64,000 bases of DNA from Candidatus Latescibacterota bacterium (GTDB lineage: Bacteria; Latescibacterota; UBA2968; UBA8231), in the NCBI GenBank assembly GCA_965206595.1, contig OZ242214.1, forward strand, positions 5,696,001-5,760,000, written 5' to 3'. The notes beneath the pieces were generated by a model. It saw nothing but the letters and a program-made list of their open reading frames with translations. It did no database searches and was not told the origin of the DNA. Below are positions 29,669 through 40,160 of the stretch, piece after piece. Made by a program: the position numbers and the translations under genes. The first letter of the stretch is position 1. Every line of letters begins with the position of its first letter.

Positions 29669-30889
29669 GGCTCGTCAGTAGAATTCGTGGGTGAATTGTG
29701 GCTCGGGTAAATCGCCAAGCTGATGGAATGAAGCGATTTGGAGTGCCTTGAAGGTGCGGCATCCGAATGCTTTTCTCCCTGTCAGATTCCATTTCAGGTT
29801 CAAGCCCTCGACCATGCCGTTGTTGAACTGCTTCCTGGCCCTGAACCAATTGAGGATGAGCTCTTGGTGACGCCGCAGCATTCCGGCGATGTCTTTCATC
29901 GGTTCGATGTTGCTTCTCATCGTACGGAAACACCCGCGCTGGAGGAACTTCTCAGCCCACGCGGAGTAGGTGTAGTCCCAGAAGCGCTGGAAGTCCTCCT
30001 TGAGCAGGTAGGCTCTGACCGTCCGCAGGTTCATCTTCAATAGCTCCGACAGCTTCAAGCCTTGGGAGTCGCTTCTGGTCGAGGAAACGGGTCGGCTCCT
30101 GCTCGCCGCCGGCTTCCTGCTTGCGCCGGTGCTCCTGCTCCCGTTCGGTAAAGCCGTCGTTCAAGGCCTTCTTCGTCCGCTTCTCGCCCATCCACAACAG
30201 GCGGCGGCGGTGGGGGTCGATCTGGTACAGCAACGTCAGATAATGAGGCCCCTTACGATACTGGATTTCATCCACGCCGAGGGCCGTGACCTGGTCGAGG
30301 CAGCGATGAGCGAGCCCATAGTCCACGACGTACTGGACGGAGTGGTAGACCTTGTCCCAACGGGTCCGGAAGGAACGCGCCACCTCGATCCACGACAGTT
30401 TTTTGGCCCCCTGGGCCAGGAAGCAGCGGTAGAGGTCGGTCAGGTGGTGCTTGCCCGTGCTCCAGGGGACCTTCTCGACGACCACCCGGCCGCAGGCTTT
30501 GCAGGCAACCCGGCGCATGCGATACACCAGAAAGACCGGAAACCCCCAGAGGGGAACAAACTCGAACAGCCGGGCCTCGGGGGCCGTGTCATAGGTGGGG
30601 GCCAAGTGACCGCAGCCGCTGCACGCGCCCCGGGAGTTTTTCCGTGGCCTTATCCTCACCATTATCCTTCCGTGCCGGTCAAAATGACTGCCCTCAAACA
30701 CAAACCGCTTGAAGGTCGTGCACCGGTTTAGTACCGTGATCAGGCGCATCATTCCCTCCACAGGTAGTTGGGTTCCGTCTTGGTGGACTGTCCCAACATA
30801 CCGGGGGATGATGCGCCTGGGCTACCTGGCCTCCTCTATTCCCATCGCCGCAGCCTCCCCTCCTCACCCACAGATTCTCCAGAGGAGCC
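29669..30889 (-). mobile_element. Second, distinct ISL3-family element, internally deleted
   Basis: Ends GGCTCGTCAGTAGAATTCGTGGGTGA and TCACCCACAGATTCTCCAGAGGAGCC. Fragments LGVDEIQYRKG and NGMVEGLN lie in different frames. Flanks are not duplicated. Confidence 0.88.
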
Positions 30890-30966
30890 TGGATTCATTC
30901 CCGATCACAGCGCGGGGAAGAAGGAACCATTTTCATGACGGAATCCTGCCCTCTGTAGCTATAGCC

Positions 30967-32328
30967 ATGGCCCATCCCATACACGCAAACAAGAACTGCG
31001 AGCTGCACGTTCACCTCGGCGGCTGTTTTTACGCCGAAGATCTGGTCCGCTTCGGAAAGGACGTCTATAAAGATGTAGACTGGTCCGGCTTCTGCGACGG
31101 GTATGAGAAGGCCTTCGGCGAACGGCCCGACGTCATCCAACTGTATCGGGATGCCCTGTCGGGGTCCCGCGGTGGCGCCGACGCCTTCCGCAGCCATTTC
31201 GTGTACACCCCCGAAGACGGCCCGGATTTCCACCGATTCCTCGCCAAGTTCCAGTTTTTCCTGTGCCTCGCCCGCCACTATGCGGCGATCGGCAGGGAGA
31301 GCGAGCTGTTCGTCGCCGCCATCGAGCGCCACCGCTCCGAAGGTCTGGACTACGTCGAGTACCGGGCAATGGACAGCCGCGGCGTCGGCAACCCGGAGGG
31401 GTTCCTCTCCTTCCACCGCGGCAACGCCGAGGTCATCCGCCGGGCTTCGGGCCGCGGCTTCACCGGCCGCTACGTGATCTCGCTGCCGCGCTGGGAGCCG
31501 ATGGAAGCCTATGGGTTGGTGCAGCGGCTCCTCGACGAATCCCCCGAGCTGGTCGACACCGTGGTCGGCCTCGACTTCTGCCACGTCGAGGAGGGGTTCC
31601 CGCCGAAGCTCGTCCGACCCCTGTTCGACCAGGTCGCGGCCGACAACAGTCGGCGCCCCGGGCGCGCCCTCGAGATCGTCTACCACGTCGGGGAGTCGTT
31701 CTACGACAAGTCGCTGGAGAGCGCGGTGCGCTGGTGCCACGAGGCCGCGGAACTGGGGGCACGCCGGCTCGGCCATTGCCTGGCCCTCGCCCTCGACCCA
31801 GCGATCGCCGCCGCCCGCCGCCCGCGCGCCCACGAGGAGGAGCCGGTTTCGGAGCGCCTCGACCAGATCGGCTACGACATCACCCATGCCGGGGGTCTTT
31901 CCTGGTACGGCGTCAGCGTCGACGCCCCAGCTCTGGAAAGGGAGAGGTCGGAGCTGCGTCGAAAGGAGGCGGGCGATCTGGTATGGCGACCCTACGACGA
32001 GGGCCGGCTGGCCGATATCAGGAAGCGGCAGAGGTTTGCCCTCGACGCCGTTGGGCGGTCTGGCGCGGTGATCGAAACCTGCCCGACCTCCAACCTCTGC
32101 ATCGGGGGGGTGCCGGATCCGGCCGCCCATCCGGTGCAGAGGTATCTCGAGTCCGGGGTGAACCTCGTTGTCGCCGCCGACGACCCGGGGATCTTCGATT
32201 CGCCCCTGGCCGCCGAGGTCGACTGGGTGTTGCGCCACTCGGGGATGGATGCCGCAGGGCTCGCGGCGCGTCTCGGGGACCCGAGGCGGTTCAGGCTGGG
32301 GCGGGGGCGCCCGGCTGCGGCAGGTTGA
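30967..32328 (+). CDS. Adenosine deaminase-like amidohydrolase
   Basis: [37 protein letters not shown]. Confidence 0.82.
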   Translation: MAHPIHANKNCELHVHLGGCFYAEDLVRFGKDVYKDVDWSGFCDGYEKAFGERPDVIQLYRDALSGSRGGADAFRSHFVYTPEDGPDFHRFLAKFQFFLCLARHYAAIGRESELFVAAIERHRSEGLDYVEYRAMDSRGVGNPEGFLSFHRGNAEVIRRASGRGFTGRYVISLPRWEPMEAYGLVQRLLDESPELVDTVVGLDFCHVEEGFPPKLVRPLFDQVAADNSRRPGRALEIVYHVGESFYDKSLESAVRWCHEAAELGARRLGHCLALALDPAIAAARRPRAHEEEPVSERLDQIGYDITHAGGLSWYGVSVDAPALERERSELRRKEAGDLVWRPYDEGRLADIRKRQRFALDAVGRSGAVIETCPTSNLCIGGVPDPAAHPVQRYLESGVNLVVAADDPGIFDSPLAAEVDWVLRHSGMDAAGLAARLGDPRRFRLGRGRPAAAG

Positions 32329-32908
32329 TCTCGCCCGCGGCGATCCTCCGCAGGGTATCGGTGAACAGCAGGTGCTCCCGTTTGAGGACGCGCGCCGCCA
32401 GGGTTTCCGGGGTGTCCCCGGGGAGCACCGGGACCCGGGCCTGGGCGAGGATCGGGCCGTGGTCGTAGAACTCGTCGACCAGGTGCACGGTGGCGCCGCT
32501 CTCGGTGTCCCCGGAAGCGAGCACCGCCTCGTGCACGGCCCTGCCGTAGAACCCGCGGCCCCCGTATTTGGGCAGCAGCGCGGGGTGAATATTGAGGACG
32601 CGGCCCTGAAAGGTCCGCAGCGTGCGCTGCCCGAGCAACTTCATGAACCCCGCCAGGCAGACGAGGTCGGCGCCGCTGCGGCCCAGCACCGAGGCGATGG
32701 CGGCGTCGAGTGCATCCGGATCGGGATGGGTGCGGCTGCTCAGGTGAAACGTGGGGATACCCTGGCGGCGGGCCCGCTCCAGCGCCTTCGAGCGCGAGTT
32801 GTTGCCGACTACCGCCACCGGTTCGGCGGGCAGGCGCCCGTCCCTGCAGGCGTCGACGATCGCCTGCATGTTGGTGCCGCTGCCGGAGGCCAGGAATCCG
32901 AGCTTCAT
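32291..32908 (-). CDS. purN: Phosphoribosylglycinamide formyltransferase
   Basis: [42 protein letters not shown]. Confidence 0.96.
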   Translation of the reverse strand: MKLGFLASGSGTNMQAIVDACRDGRLPAEPVAVVGNNSRSKALERARRQGIPTFHLSSRTHPDPDALDAAIASVLGRSGADLVCLAGFMKLLGQRTLRTFQGRVLNIHPALLPKYGGRGFYGRAVHEAVLASGDTESGATVHLVDEFYDHGPILAQARVPVLPGDTPETLAARVLKREHLLFTDTLRRIAAGEINLPQPGAPAPA

Positions 32909-32946
32909 GCGCGCCCGCTGCCGGAGGCGACTCGCGCTCCGTCCGG

Positions 32947-33297
32947 TCAGAGTATCTCGAGCACCTGCTGCGGAGGCCGTCCCAGGCGGGCGCGGTCACC
33001 GGCGACGACAATCGGGCGCTCGATCAGGATCGGGTGGGCGGCCATCGCCGCGATCAACGCCTTGCGGTCGTCGAGCTTGCCGGCGAGGCCCAGGTCTTCG
33101 TACTCCTTCTCCTTCGAGCGCAGCAGGTCCGCGGGCTCGATCTCCAGGAGGCGGAGCAGGCGGTCGAGGGTCTCCTGGTCGGGGGGCGATTTCAGGTACT
33201 CGACGACCGTCGGCTCGATGCCGCGCTCGCGCAGCAGCCCGAGAGTCTCGCTGCTCTTGCTGCATTGCGGGTTGTGGTAGATTGTGACGTCCGTCAT
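32947..33297 (-). CDS. arsC: Arsenate reductase (ArsC, glutaredoxin-type) family protein
   Basis: [23 protein letters not shown]. Confidence 0.88.
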   Translation of the reverse strand: MTDVTIYHNPQCSKSSETLGLLRERGIEPTVVEYLKSPPDQETLDRLLRLLEIEPADLLRSKEKEYEDLGLAGKLDDRKALIAAMAAHPILIERPIVVAGDRARLGRPPQQVLEIL

Positions 33298-33392
33298 GGT
33301 TCCTCCAGGATGATTGGAGTTTGACAGTCGAAGCGGTTTGTGATTACAAACCGCGCCCCCTGACTCAGCTGATTCTGAAGAAAGGTTGATCC

Positions 33393-34355
33393 ATGTCCTT
33401 CAAATTCGTTCTTCTGCCCCCTTCCGGCGACTTCCGCATGGCCGCCAGAATCGAGGCGGCCGTTCCCGAGGCGAACGTCGTCGTCTGCGAGGACCGCGCC
33501 CAGGCGCTCGAGGAGCTGGCCGATGCGCCGGCGGCGTTCGGAACCCTGGACCCGGAGCTGCTGGCGGCCGCTCCTGGCCTGAAGTGGCTGGCGGCGCCTG
33601 CCGCCGGCCCTGACCCGAGCTTCTACTTTCCCGAGCTGGTGGCCAGCGACGTCGTAGTCACCAACATGCGTGGCATCTACTCCGACCATATCGGCGTCCA
33701 CATCATGGCTTTCGTGCTGGCCTTCGCCCGCCACCTGCACGTTTACCTGCCGGCGCAGCAGCGGGGTGAATGGGGCCCGGGAGGAGAAGGGGGTACGTCG
33801 ATTCACCTTCCCGGCGCCACCGCGGTCATCGTCGGGGTGGGCGGCATCGGTTCCGAAGCTGCCCGGCACTGCGCCCACTTCGGCATGCACGTGATAGGGA
33901 TCGATCCGCGGGTTGCCGAGGCGCCCGAAGGGGTCGACGAGCTGTACGCCCCGGAGGCGCTCGACGAGCAGCTCGGCCGCGGGGATTTCGTCATCATGAC
34001 CGCCCCTCAGACGCCGCAGATGGAGCGGCTCATCGACAAACAGCGGCTCGCGCGCATGAAGACGAGCGGCATCCTCATCAACATAGGACGGGGTTCGAAC
34101 GTCGTCCTCGACGACCTCGCCGACGCCCTCTACGAGGGGAGGATCGGAGGGGCGGCGCTGGACGTCTTCGAGATCGAGCCGCTGCCGCCGGGCCACAGGC
34201 TGTGGAAGGCGCCGAATTTTCTGATGACTCCGCACACCGCGGGGTCCGGGCCTTATCTGGGGGAGCGCCGCGTCCAGCTGCAGGTCGAGAACTGCCGCCG
34301 CTTCGCCCGCGGGGAGGAGCTGGCCAACGTGGTCGACAAGACCAACTGGTTCTGA
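33393..34355 (+). CDS. D-2-hydroxyacid dehydrogenase
   Basis: GVGGIG, INIGRG, ALDVFEIEPLP, TPHTAG. Confidence 0.92.
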   Translation: MSFKFVLLPPSGDFRMAARIEAAVPEANVVVCEDRAQALEELADAPAAFGTLDPELLAAAPGLKWLAAPAAGPDPSFYFPELVASDVVVTNMRGIYSDHIGVHIMAFVLAFARHLHVYLPAQQRGEWGPGGEGGTSIHLPGATAVIVGVGGIGSEAARHCAHFGMHVIGIDPRVAEAPEGVDELYAPEALDEQLGRGDFVIMTAPQTPQMERLIDKQRLARMKTSGILINIGRGSNVVLDDLADALYEGRIGGAALDVFEIEPLPPGHRLWKAPNFLMTPHTAGSGPYLGERRVQLQVENCRRFARGEELANVVDKTNWF

Positions 34356-34498
34356 AATTCTCGCGGTTCGCCGGGCTGCGTGCCTGAGGGGGTGGTCCGG
34401 TGGTCGAGACAAGAAGGCCTCCCAGGCAGCGATGGGATGCCCCGGCGAGCGGTGAATCGGCTGGCTTTCCCGATCGCCGGCAGGTGCGGTGAGGATGA

Positions 34499-35152
34499 TC
34501 AGGGGAGGCGCAGGGAGGAGCCCTCCACGGGCAGGCTTCCTATTATCAGCAGCCAGCCGTGGGCCTTCGGCTCTTCGACCGACCACTCCTTGATCTCGCC
34601 GCCGAGCTTCTTCTCGGCCCTCTCGCATACCTCGTCGAACGGAGGCCTGCCCGGGTCGGCGATGATCACCTGCTGCACCCCGGCCTTCAAGGCCTTGCGG
34701 ATCACCTTGTAGAGCGGGTCGATCAGCTCGTCCCAGAAGCAGATCTCGACGCCGATCATCAGGTCGTATCCTTCCATCTGCTTTTTGGTGAGGTTCTCGA
34801 AGCGCGATCTCCGGTGCGACAGGTCGACGCCGTTGATCTCGGCGTGGATGTGCATATAGGGGAAGACGTTGGGGTCGGCATCGACGCCGGTGACGCTGGC
34901 CCCGAACTCCCTGGCGCAGAAGATGCCGGTCAGCCCCCAGCCGCAGCCGAGTTCCATCACTTTCGCCTGCTGCGGCAGGCCCTGGCGCTGCAGGTAGTCC
35001 ATTGCCAGGAAGCTAGTCTTCCAGAACCGGTCGCCGTGGATTTCCGGCTCGTTCTCCCTGCTGAGCGCCCGCACCCGGGGGTGCGATTTCTTGAGAATCG
35101 TCAGACCGAACGCGGAGCGCTCCGTGCTTTTGGCCTTCTTCTTCTTGCCCAT
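34499..35152 (-). CDS. Class I SAM-dependent methyltransferase (METTL21-like)
   Basis: HGDRFW, VMELGCGWGL, IIADPGR. Confidence 0.85.
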   Translation of the reverse strand: MGKKKKAKSTERSAFGLTILKKSHPRVRALSRENEPEIHGDRFWKTSFLAMDYLQRQGLPQQAKVMELGCGWGLTGIFCAREFGASVTGVDADPNVFPYMHIHAEINGVDLSHRRSRFENLTKKQMEGYDLMIGVEICFWDELIDPLYKVIRKALKAGVQQVIIADPGRPPFDEVCERAEKKLGGEIKEWSVEEPKAHGWLLIIGSLPVEGSSLRLP

Positions 35153-35298
35153 GGGAAAACAGGGGGGATGGGTTAGATTAAAAGGTTTGCCGCAATTGCC
35201 TGGAACGCCTGTCGCAGGCCGCAGAAACTACGAAACCCTCCCCTTCCTGCAAGAAAGCGGCTACCCTCCGGACCAAGGCGTTTCTTAGGACCAGACCG

Positions 35299-36708
35299 TT
35301 GATAAACTACCTTGTCGAGCGCTGGCGCGCCGACGGCGGCTACCGCGAGTTCCTCGTCATAGCGTTTCCGCTGATCCTCAGCACCGCCGCCTGGAGCGTC
35401 CAGCACTTCGTCGACCGCATGTTCCTGACCTGGTACTCGACGGAGGCCATGGCAGCAGCGCTTCCAGGCGGCATGACGAACTTCGTCTTCGCCAGCTTCT
35501 TCATCGGCATCGCGTCCTACGTCAACACCTTCGTCGCTCAGTACAACGGCGCCGGACGGCGCCGGCGGATCGGTCCGGCGCTCTGGCAGGGAGGCTACCT
35601 CGCCCTCATCAGCGCCGCCGCGGCCGGCATCCTCATCCTCCTTGCCCACCCGATCTTCGACCTCATCGGCCATGAGCCGTCGATCCGCGAACAGGAGGTG
35701 ACCTACTTCAGCATCCTCTGTTTCGGGCATCCGCCGCTGATCCTGTCGACTGCCCTGTCCTGCTTCTACAGCGGCCGCGGTAGGACGTGGATGGTGTTCA
35801 ACGTCAACGTCGCCGCGACCGCGGTGAACATCGTTCTCGACTACGGCCTGATCTTCGGCAAGTGGGGCCTGCCGGCCTGGGGGATTGGCGGCGCCGCCTG
35901 GGCGACCAACCTCGCCGAGGTGTTCGCCGCCCTGGTTTTCTGCGCACTGCTGTTGCAGTCGAGGTACCGGCGCGAGTTCGCGACCCTTTCCGGCTGGCGT
36001 TTCGACCGCCAGCTGTTCGCGCGCATGCTGCGGTTCGGCGGCCCCAACGGCGTCAACTTCATGCTCGACATGATGTCGTTCTCGCTCTTCATCCTCATCG
36101 TGGGCCGCGCCGGGATTCTCGAGCTCACCGCGACGAACCTCGCCTTCAATATCAACACCCTGGCTTTCATGCCGCTCATCGGCGCCGGTATCGCCGTGTC
36201 GACGATGGTGGGGCAGCGTCTCGGACAAAACCGGCCGGAGGCCGCGGCCTATGCGACCTGGTCCGGTCTGCACCTCGCTCAGCTGTACATGGGAAGCATG
36301 GCGCTCGCCTATTTCCTGGTTCCGCAGTGGTTTCTGATGCCGTACGGCATCAGGGCGTCCGGCGAGGACTTCGAGGCCGCCAGGGAGATGGCGCTGTTGC
36401 TGCTCAACATCGTCGCCCTGTACTGCCTTTTCGACGCCGGCTACATAATTTTCACCGCGGCCCTCAAAGGTGCCGGCGACACCCGCTTCATCCTGTTCGC
36501 CGCTCTCGCCGCGGGCTGGTTCGTCATGCTCATACCGGCGTACGTGGCGCACGCCCTGTTCGATGCCAACCTGTACGTCCTGTGGGGCTTCCTGTGCGCC
36601 TACATCATCACCGCGACGGGCATCTTCTACTGGCGCTTCCGGCAGGGAAAGTGGATGCAGATGCGGGTCATCGAGGAGGAGCCGCTGGCCGGGGCGGCAG
36701 GAGGATGA
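35299..36708 (+). CDS. MATE family efflux transporter
   Basis: About 12 TM segments; FVDRMFL, NIVLDYGLIFG..GIGGAAWAT, ALKGAGDT. Confidence 0.92.
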   Translation: MINYLVERWRADGGYREFLVIAFPLILSTAAWSVQHFVDRMFLTWYSTEAMAAALPGGMTNFVFASFFIGIASYVNTFVAQYNGAGRRRRIGPALWQGGYLALISAAAAGILILLAHPIFDLIGHEPSIREQEVTYFSILCFGHPPLILSTALSCFYSGRGRTWMVFNVNVAATAVNIVLDYGLIFGKWGLPAWGIGGAAWATNLAEVFAALVFCALLLQSRYRREFATLSGWRFDRQLFARMLRFGGPNGVNFMLDMMSFSLFILIVGRAGILELTATNLAFNINTLAFMPLIGAGIAVSTMVGQRLGQNRPEAAAYATWSGLHLAQLYMGSMALAYFLVPQWFLMPYGIRASGEDFEAAREMALLLLNIVALYCLFDAGYIIFTAALKGAGDTRFILFAALAAGWFVMLIPAYVAHALFDANLYVLWGFLCAYIITATGIFYWRFRQGKWMQMRVIEEEPLAGAAGG

Positions 36709-36711
36709 GCC

Positions 36712-37611
36712 GTGGCTGACCTGGTCTGGGGCATCGACCTCGGGGGAACGAAGATCGAGGGGGTTGTGCTGCCCTCGCGCGACTCGGCCGAGCCGCTGTG
36801 CCGCCTGCGCGTGGCGACCGGGGCGGAGGGGGGCTACGCCCAGGTGCGCCGCCGCATATGCGAGTTGGTCGCGGCGATGAAGTCGGAGGTCGGCGAGGGC
36901 CCCCGGGCCCTGGGCATCGGAACGCCCGGGGTCCTCGATCCGGTAACCGGGCTGATCAAGAACAGCAACACGACCTGCCTGATCGGGGAGCCGCTGCGCG
37001 CCGATCTGGAAACGGAGCTGAGCGTCGAAATCGCGCTCGCCAACGACGCCAACTGCTTTGCCCTCGCCGAGGCGAGCCTGGGAGCCGGCAGGGGGGCGGA
37101 GACGGTTTTCGGGATCATCATGGGAACCGGTGTAGGCGGAGGCGTCGTGGTCGACGGCCGCGTCCTCTACGGCTGTCAGGGGATCGCCGGAGAGTGGGGC
37201 CACAACCTTCTCGACCCTGCGGGGCCGGACTGCTACTGCGGCCGCCGCGGCTGCGTCGAGACCTTTCTCTCGGGGCCGCACCTCGAGCGTTTCTACGAGC
37301 AGGCGGCCGGGCGCCGCCGTTCCCTGGCCGAAATCGTCGATCTCCATCGCATGGACTCGGACCCGCACGCCACGGCCACGGTCGAGCGCCTGCTCGATTA
37401 CTTCGGCAGGGCGCTGGCAGTGGTCGTCAACCTCCTCGACCCCCACGTCGTCGTTCTGGGGGGAGGCGTCAGCAACGTCGATCTGCTCTACAGCGAGGGT
37501 CCCGGGCGGCTGGCGCAGTGGATGTTCAACGACCGCTGCGAGACGCGGATTGTCCGCAACCGGCTCGGGGACAGCGCCGGGGTTTTCGGCGCGGCCATGC
37601 TGGTTGCCTGA
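36712..37611 (+). CDS. ROK family sugar kinase
   Basis: GIDLGGTKIE, NDANCFALAE, GTGVGGG, GEWGH..CYCG..GCVE. Confidence 0.93.
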   Translation: MADLVWGIDLGGTKIEGVVLPSRDSAEPLCRLRVATGAEGGYAQVRRRICELVAAMKSEVGEGPRALGIGTPGVLDPVTGLIKNSNTTCLIGEPLRADLETELSVEIALANDANCFALAEASLGAGRGAETVFGIIMGTGVGGGVVVDGRVLYGCQGIAGEWGHNLLDPAGPDCYCGRRGCVETFLSGPHLERFYEQAAGRRRSLAEIVDLHRMDSDPHATATVERLLDYFGRALAVVVNLLDPHVVVLGGGVSNVDLLYSEGPGRLAQWMFNDRCETRIVRNRLGDSAGVFGAAMLVA

Positions 37612-37620
37612 ATTTCCGGG

Positions 37621-38331
37621 CTACTGCTGCCGCCGGCGCTTCCACTCCTCGTACTCGGCGAGAGTCTGCTGGTCCGGGGGGTAGTTGCCGACGATGCTCG
37701 CCCCGGAGCGGATGCGCTCGAGGATAAAGTCCTCTCTCTCTTCCATCTCCTCCGCCTCCGCGGCGACGGTGTCGGCGAGATGCGACGGGATGACGACCAC
37801 TCCCTCGCTGTCTCCGACGACGATGTCGCCGGGAAACACGGCGACGCCGCCGCAGGCTATCGGCACCTGGATTTCGCTCGGATGGTGAACGGTCTTGTTG
37901 CTGTGGGCGTTCATCGCCGCGGCGAACGCGGGGATGCCGATTTCGGCGATCGCCGGGGAATCCCTGTAGGCGCCGTCGGTGACGATGCCGGCCCCGCCCC
38001 TGGCGTGGATCCGCGTCGCCAGGATGTTGCCCATGGTACCTGCCGAGGTCTCGCCGCGGGCGTCGATGACGAACACCTCGCCGGCCGCCAGCTGCTCTAT
38101 GCCGACGCGCTGCGGGTCGGTCAGGTTGTCGACCTCGCCGGAGTCGAGATCCTCGCGCGCCGGGATGTAGCGCAGCGTGTACGCCGGCCCGGCCATTTTC
38201 ATTCCGGGCAGCAGCGGTTCGACTCCCTGCATGTAGGAGTTGCCGAGGCCGTGCGCTTTCAGCACCGAAGTCAGGGTGGCGGTGGTCGGAAGCTGGAGCT
38301 TGTCGAGGGTTTCCCGGGAAACGGTGGTCAT
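37621..38331 (-). CDS. RraA/HMG-CHA aldolase family protein
   Basis: GPAYTLRY, VIDARG, TDGAYRD, VFPGDIVVGDSEGVVVIP. Confidence 0.88.
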   Translation of the reverse strand: MTTVSRETLDKLQLPTTATLTSVLKAHGLGNSYMQGVEPLLPGMKMAGPAYTLRYIPAREDLDSGEVDNLTDPQRVGIEQLAAGEVFVIDARGETSAGTMGNILATRIHARGGAGIVTDGAYRDSPAIAEIGIPAFAAAMNAHSNKTVHHPSEIQVPIACGGVAVFPGDIVVGDSEGVVVIPSHLADTVAAEAEEMEEREDFILERIRSGASIVGNYPPDQQTLAEYEEWKRRRQQ

Positions 38332-38423
38332 GGAAAGGTCCGTGGGTTGCGGATGAGCGGTGGTGGATTGCCGTACAGTAAACCCCTGCCGCGGATCGTC
38401 AAGCGCACCGGAGAGCCTGGACC

Positions 38424-38969
38424 ATGCCCCTCGCGGTAGAACCGGAGCGCCCGGTGCTGGCGCTGTGCGCGGTAATGGCCCGGCGCCCGCTGCTCGCCGC
38501 CGCCGCCGCGGACCTCGAGAAGGAGATCGGTCCCCTCGGCCCCCGGGGTCCCGTCTACCGGTTCGACTACACCAGCTACTACGAGAGGGAAATGGGCGGG
38601 GAACTCTGCAAGCAGATCATCGTCTTTGCGGACTTGGTGCCTCCCCACCGACTGGCGGGGTTGAAGGAGCGCACCATGGAGATAGAGCGCCGTCTGGCGG
38701 TAGATGACGGCAGCGGAGGCCGGCGTCGTCGCGCCAACATCGATCCCGGGCTGTTGTCGGAAGGCTCCCTGGTGCTGGCGACCACTAAGCACGGCCGCCA
38801 TCGCATCGCCGTCGCACCGGGGCTGTACGCCGAAATCACCCTGCTTTTCGAGCGCGGACGCTACCGCGGGCAGCAACGGACGTACGCGGATTACAGGAGT
38901 GAGGAGATGCAGGCTTTCCTGCTTCTGCTGCGGCGGGACCTGCTGGAGCGGCGGCGCGAGAGCCACTAA
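38424..38969 (+). CDS. DUF4416-like protein
   Basis: TSYYEREMG, RRANIDPG, LVLATTK..HRI, YAEITL, YADY. Confidence 0.8.
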   Translation: MPLAVEPERPVLALCAVMARRPLLAAAAADLEKEIGPLGPRGPVYRFDYTSYYEREMGGELCKQIIVFADLVPPHRLAGLKERTMEIERRLAVDDGSGGRRRRANIDPGLLSEGSLVLATTKHGRHRIAVAPGLYAEITLLFERGRYRGQQRTYADYRSEEMQAFLLLLRRDLLERRRESH

Positions 38970-39026
38970 TCCCTGGGCGCGCACTCAAGGGCAGGAACAA
39001 GGGCGAGGGCAAACTGCGTGCCGGTA

Positions 39027-40157
39027 CTAGCGCTCTGCCAGCGGCACGAACGGCCTCGGCTCCTCCCCGGTGTATATGTGTGCGGGGCGGATCAGGCGGT
39101 TGTTTTCGTGCTGCTCGATGACGTGGGCGGCCCAGCCGGCGATGCGGCTGGCGACGAAGATCGGCGTGTACAGTGGAATCGGTATCCCCATCATGTAGTA
39201 GGTGTAGCCGCAGGGAAAATCGACGTTGGGGTGGATCCCCTTCTCGCGGATCATCGTCGTCTCGACTGTTTCCCCCATCTCGACCCACTTCGATTCTCCG
39301 GTCGCCGCGGAGATTGCGCGCGCCACCTGCTTCATCGAGGGGACGCGCGAGTCCCCCGACTTGTACTCGCGGTGGCCGAAGCCCATGATCTTCTTCTTCT
39401 CAGCGAGGGCATCGAGCACCCACTGCTCCGCTTTCGAAGGGTCGCCGATCTCGAGCAGCATTGCCATTGCCTGCTCGTTGGCGCCGCCGTGCAGGGCTCC
39501 GGCGAGGGCGCCGATCCCGCTGGTCACGGCGGCGTGCAGATCGCTCAAGGTCGAGGCGGTCACCCGCGCTGCGAAAGCCGAGGCGTTGTACCCGTGCTCG
39601 GCGTAGAGGATCAGCGATACGTCCATCGCCGAGGTTTCGTGCCCGGCCGGGGCGCTGCCCCTCAGCATGTACAGCAGGTTCTCCGCGTGCCCGAAGGTTT
39701 CGTCCGGGGCCACCGGATCCTCCCCATGGCCCAGGCGGTAGCCCGCGGCGATCAGGGTGGGGGCCTTGGCGATGATCCGCGCCGCCTTGCGGATGTTGGC
39801 CTCGCGGCTGTTGTCTTCGGCGTCCCGGTCGTACAGAGCCAGGGCCGAGACCCCGGTGCGCAGAAGGGTCATCGGGTGGGCGTCCGGCGGCGCCTGCCCC
39901 AGGATCTCCAGGACCTGCCCGGGGACAGTGCGTTCGGCGGCCAGGGCGGCGCTGAAGCGGTGGAGCTGTTCCGCGGTCGGCAGGTCTCCGTGGAGCAGCA
40001 GGTAGGCGACCTCCTCGTAGCTCGCCCCTTCCGTCAGGGCGACGAGGTCGTATCCGCGGATGATCAGGCGGTTGCGCTCCACGTCGATCCGGGAGATCGC
40101 GGATTCGCCGCCGATCACCCCCTCGAGACCGGGACTGTAGGCTGGCTTTTCAGACAT
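39027..40157 (-). CDS. prpC: 2-methylcitrate synthase/citrate synthase
   Basis: YAEHGYNAS, HGGANE, MGFGHREYK, PNVDF. Directly follows prpB. Confidence 0.88.
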   Translation of the reverse strand: MSEKPAYSPGLEGVIGGESAISRIDVERNRLIIRGYDLVALTEGASYEEVAYLLLHGDLPTAEQLHRFSAALAAERTVPGQVLEILGQAPPDAHPMTLLRTGVSALALYDRDAEDNSREANIRKAARIIAKAPTLIAAGYRLGHGEDPVAPDETFGHAENLLYMLRGSAPAGHETSAMDVSLILYAEHGYNASAFAARVTASTLSDLHAAVTSGIGALAGALHGGANEQAMAMLLEIGDPSKAEQWVLDALAEKKKIMGFGHREYKSGDSRVPSMKQVARAISAATGESKWVEMGETVETTMIREKGIHPNVDFPCGYTYYMMGIPIPLYTPIFVASRIAGWAAHVIEQHENNRLIRPAHIYTGEEPRPFVPLAER

Positions 40158-40160
40158 CGA

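Noticed and set aside
17200-30900. Island as an intact prophage, ICE or defence system
   Set aside because: No integrase, structural, conjugation, reverse transcriptase or nuclease genes are recognisable; only regulatory and cargo remnants remain.
30709-30966. N-terminal extension of the deaminase ORF
   Set aside because: It lies mostly within the ISL3 end; family motifs begin just after ATG 30967.
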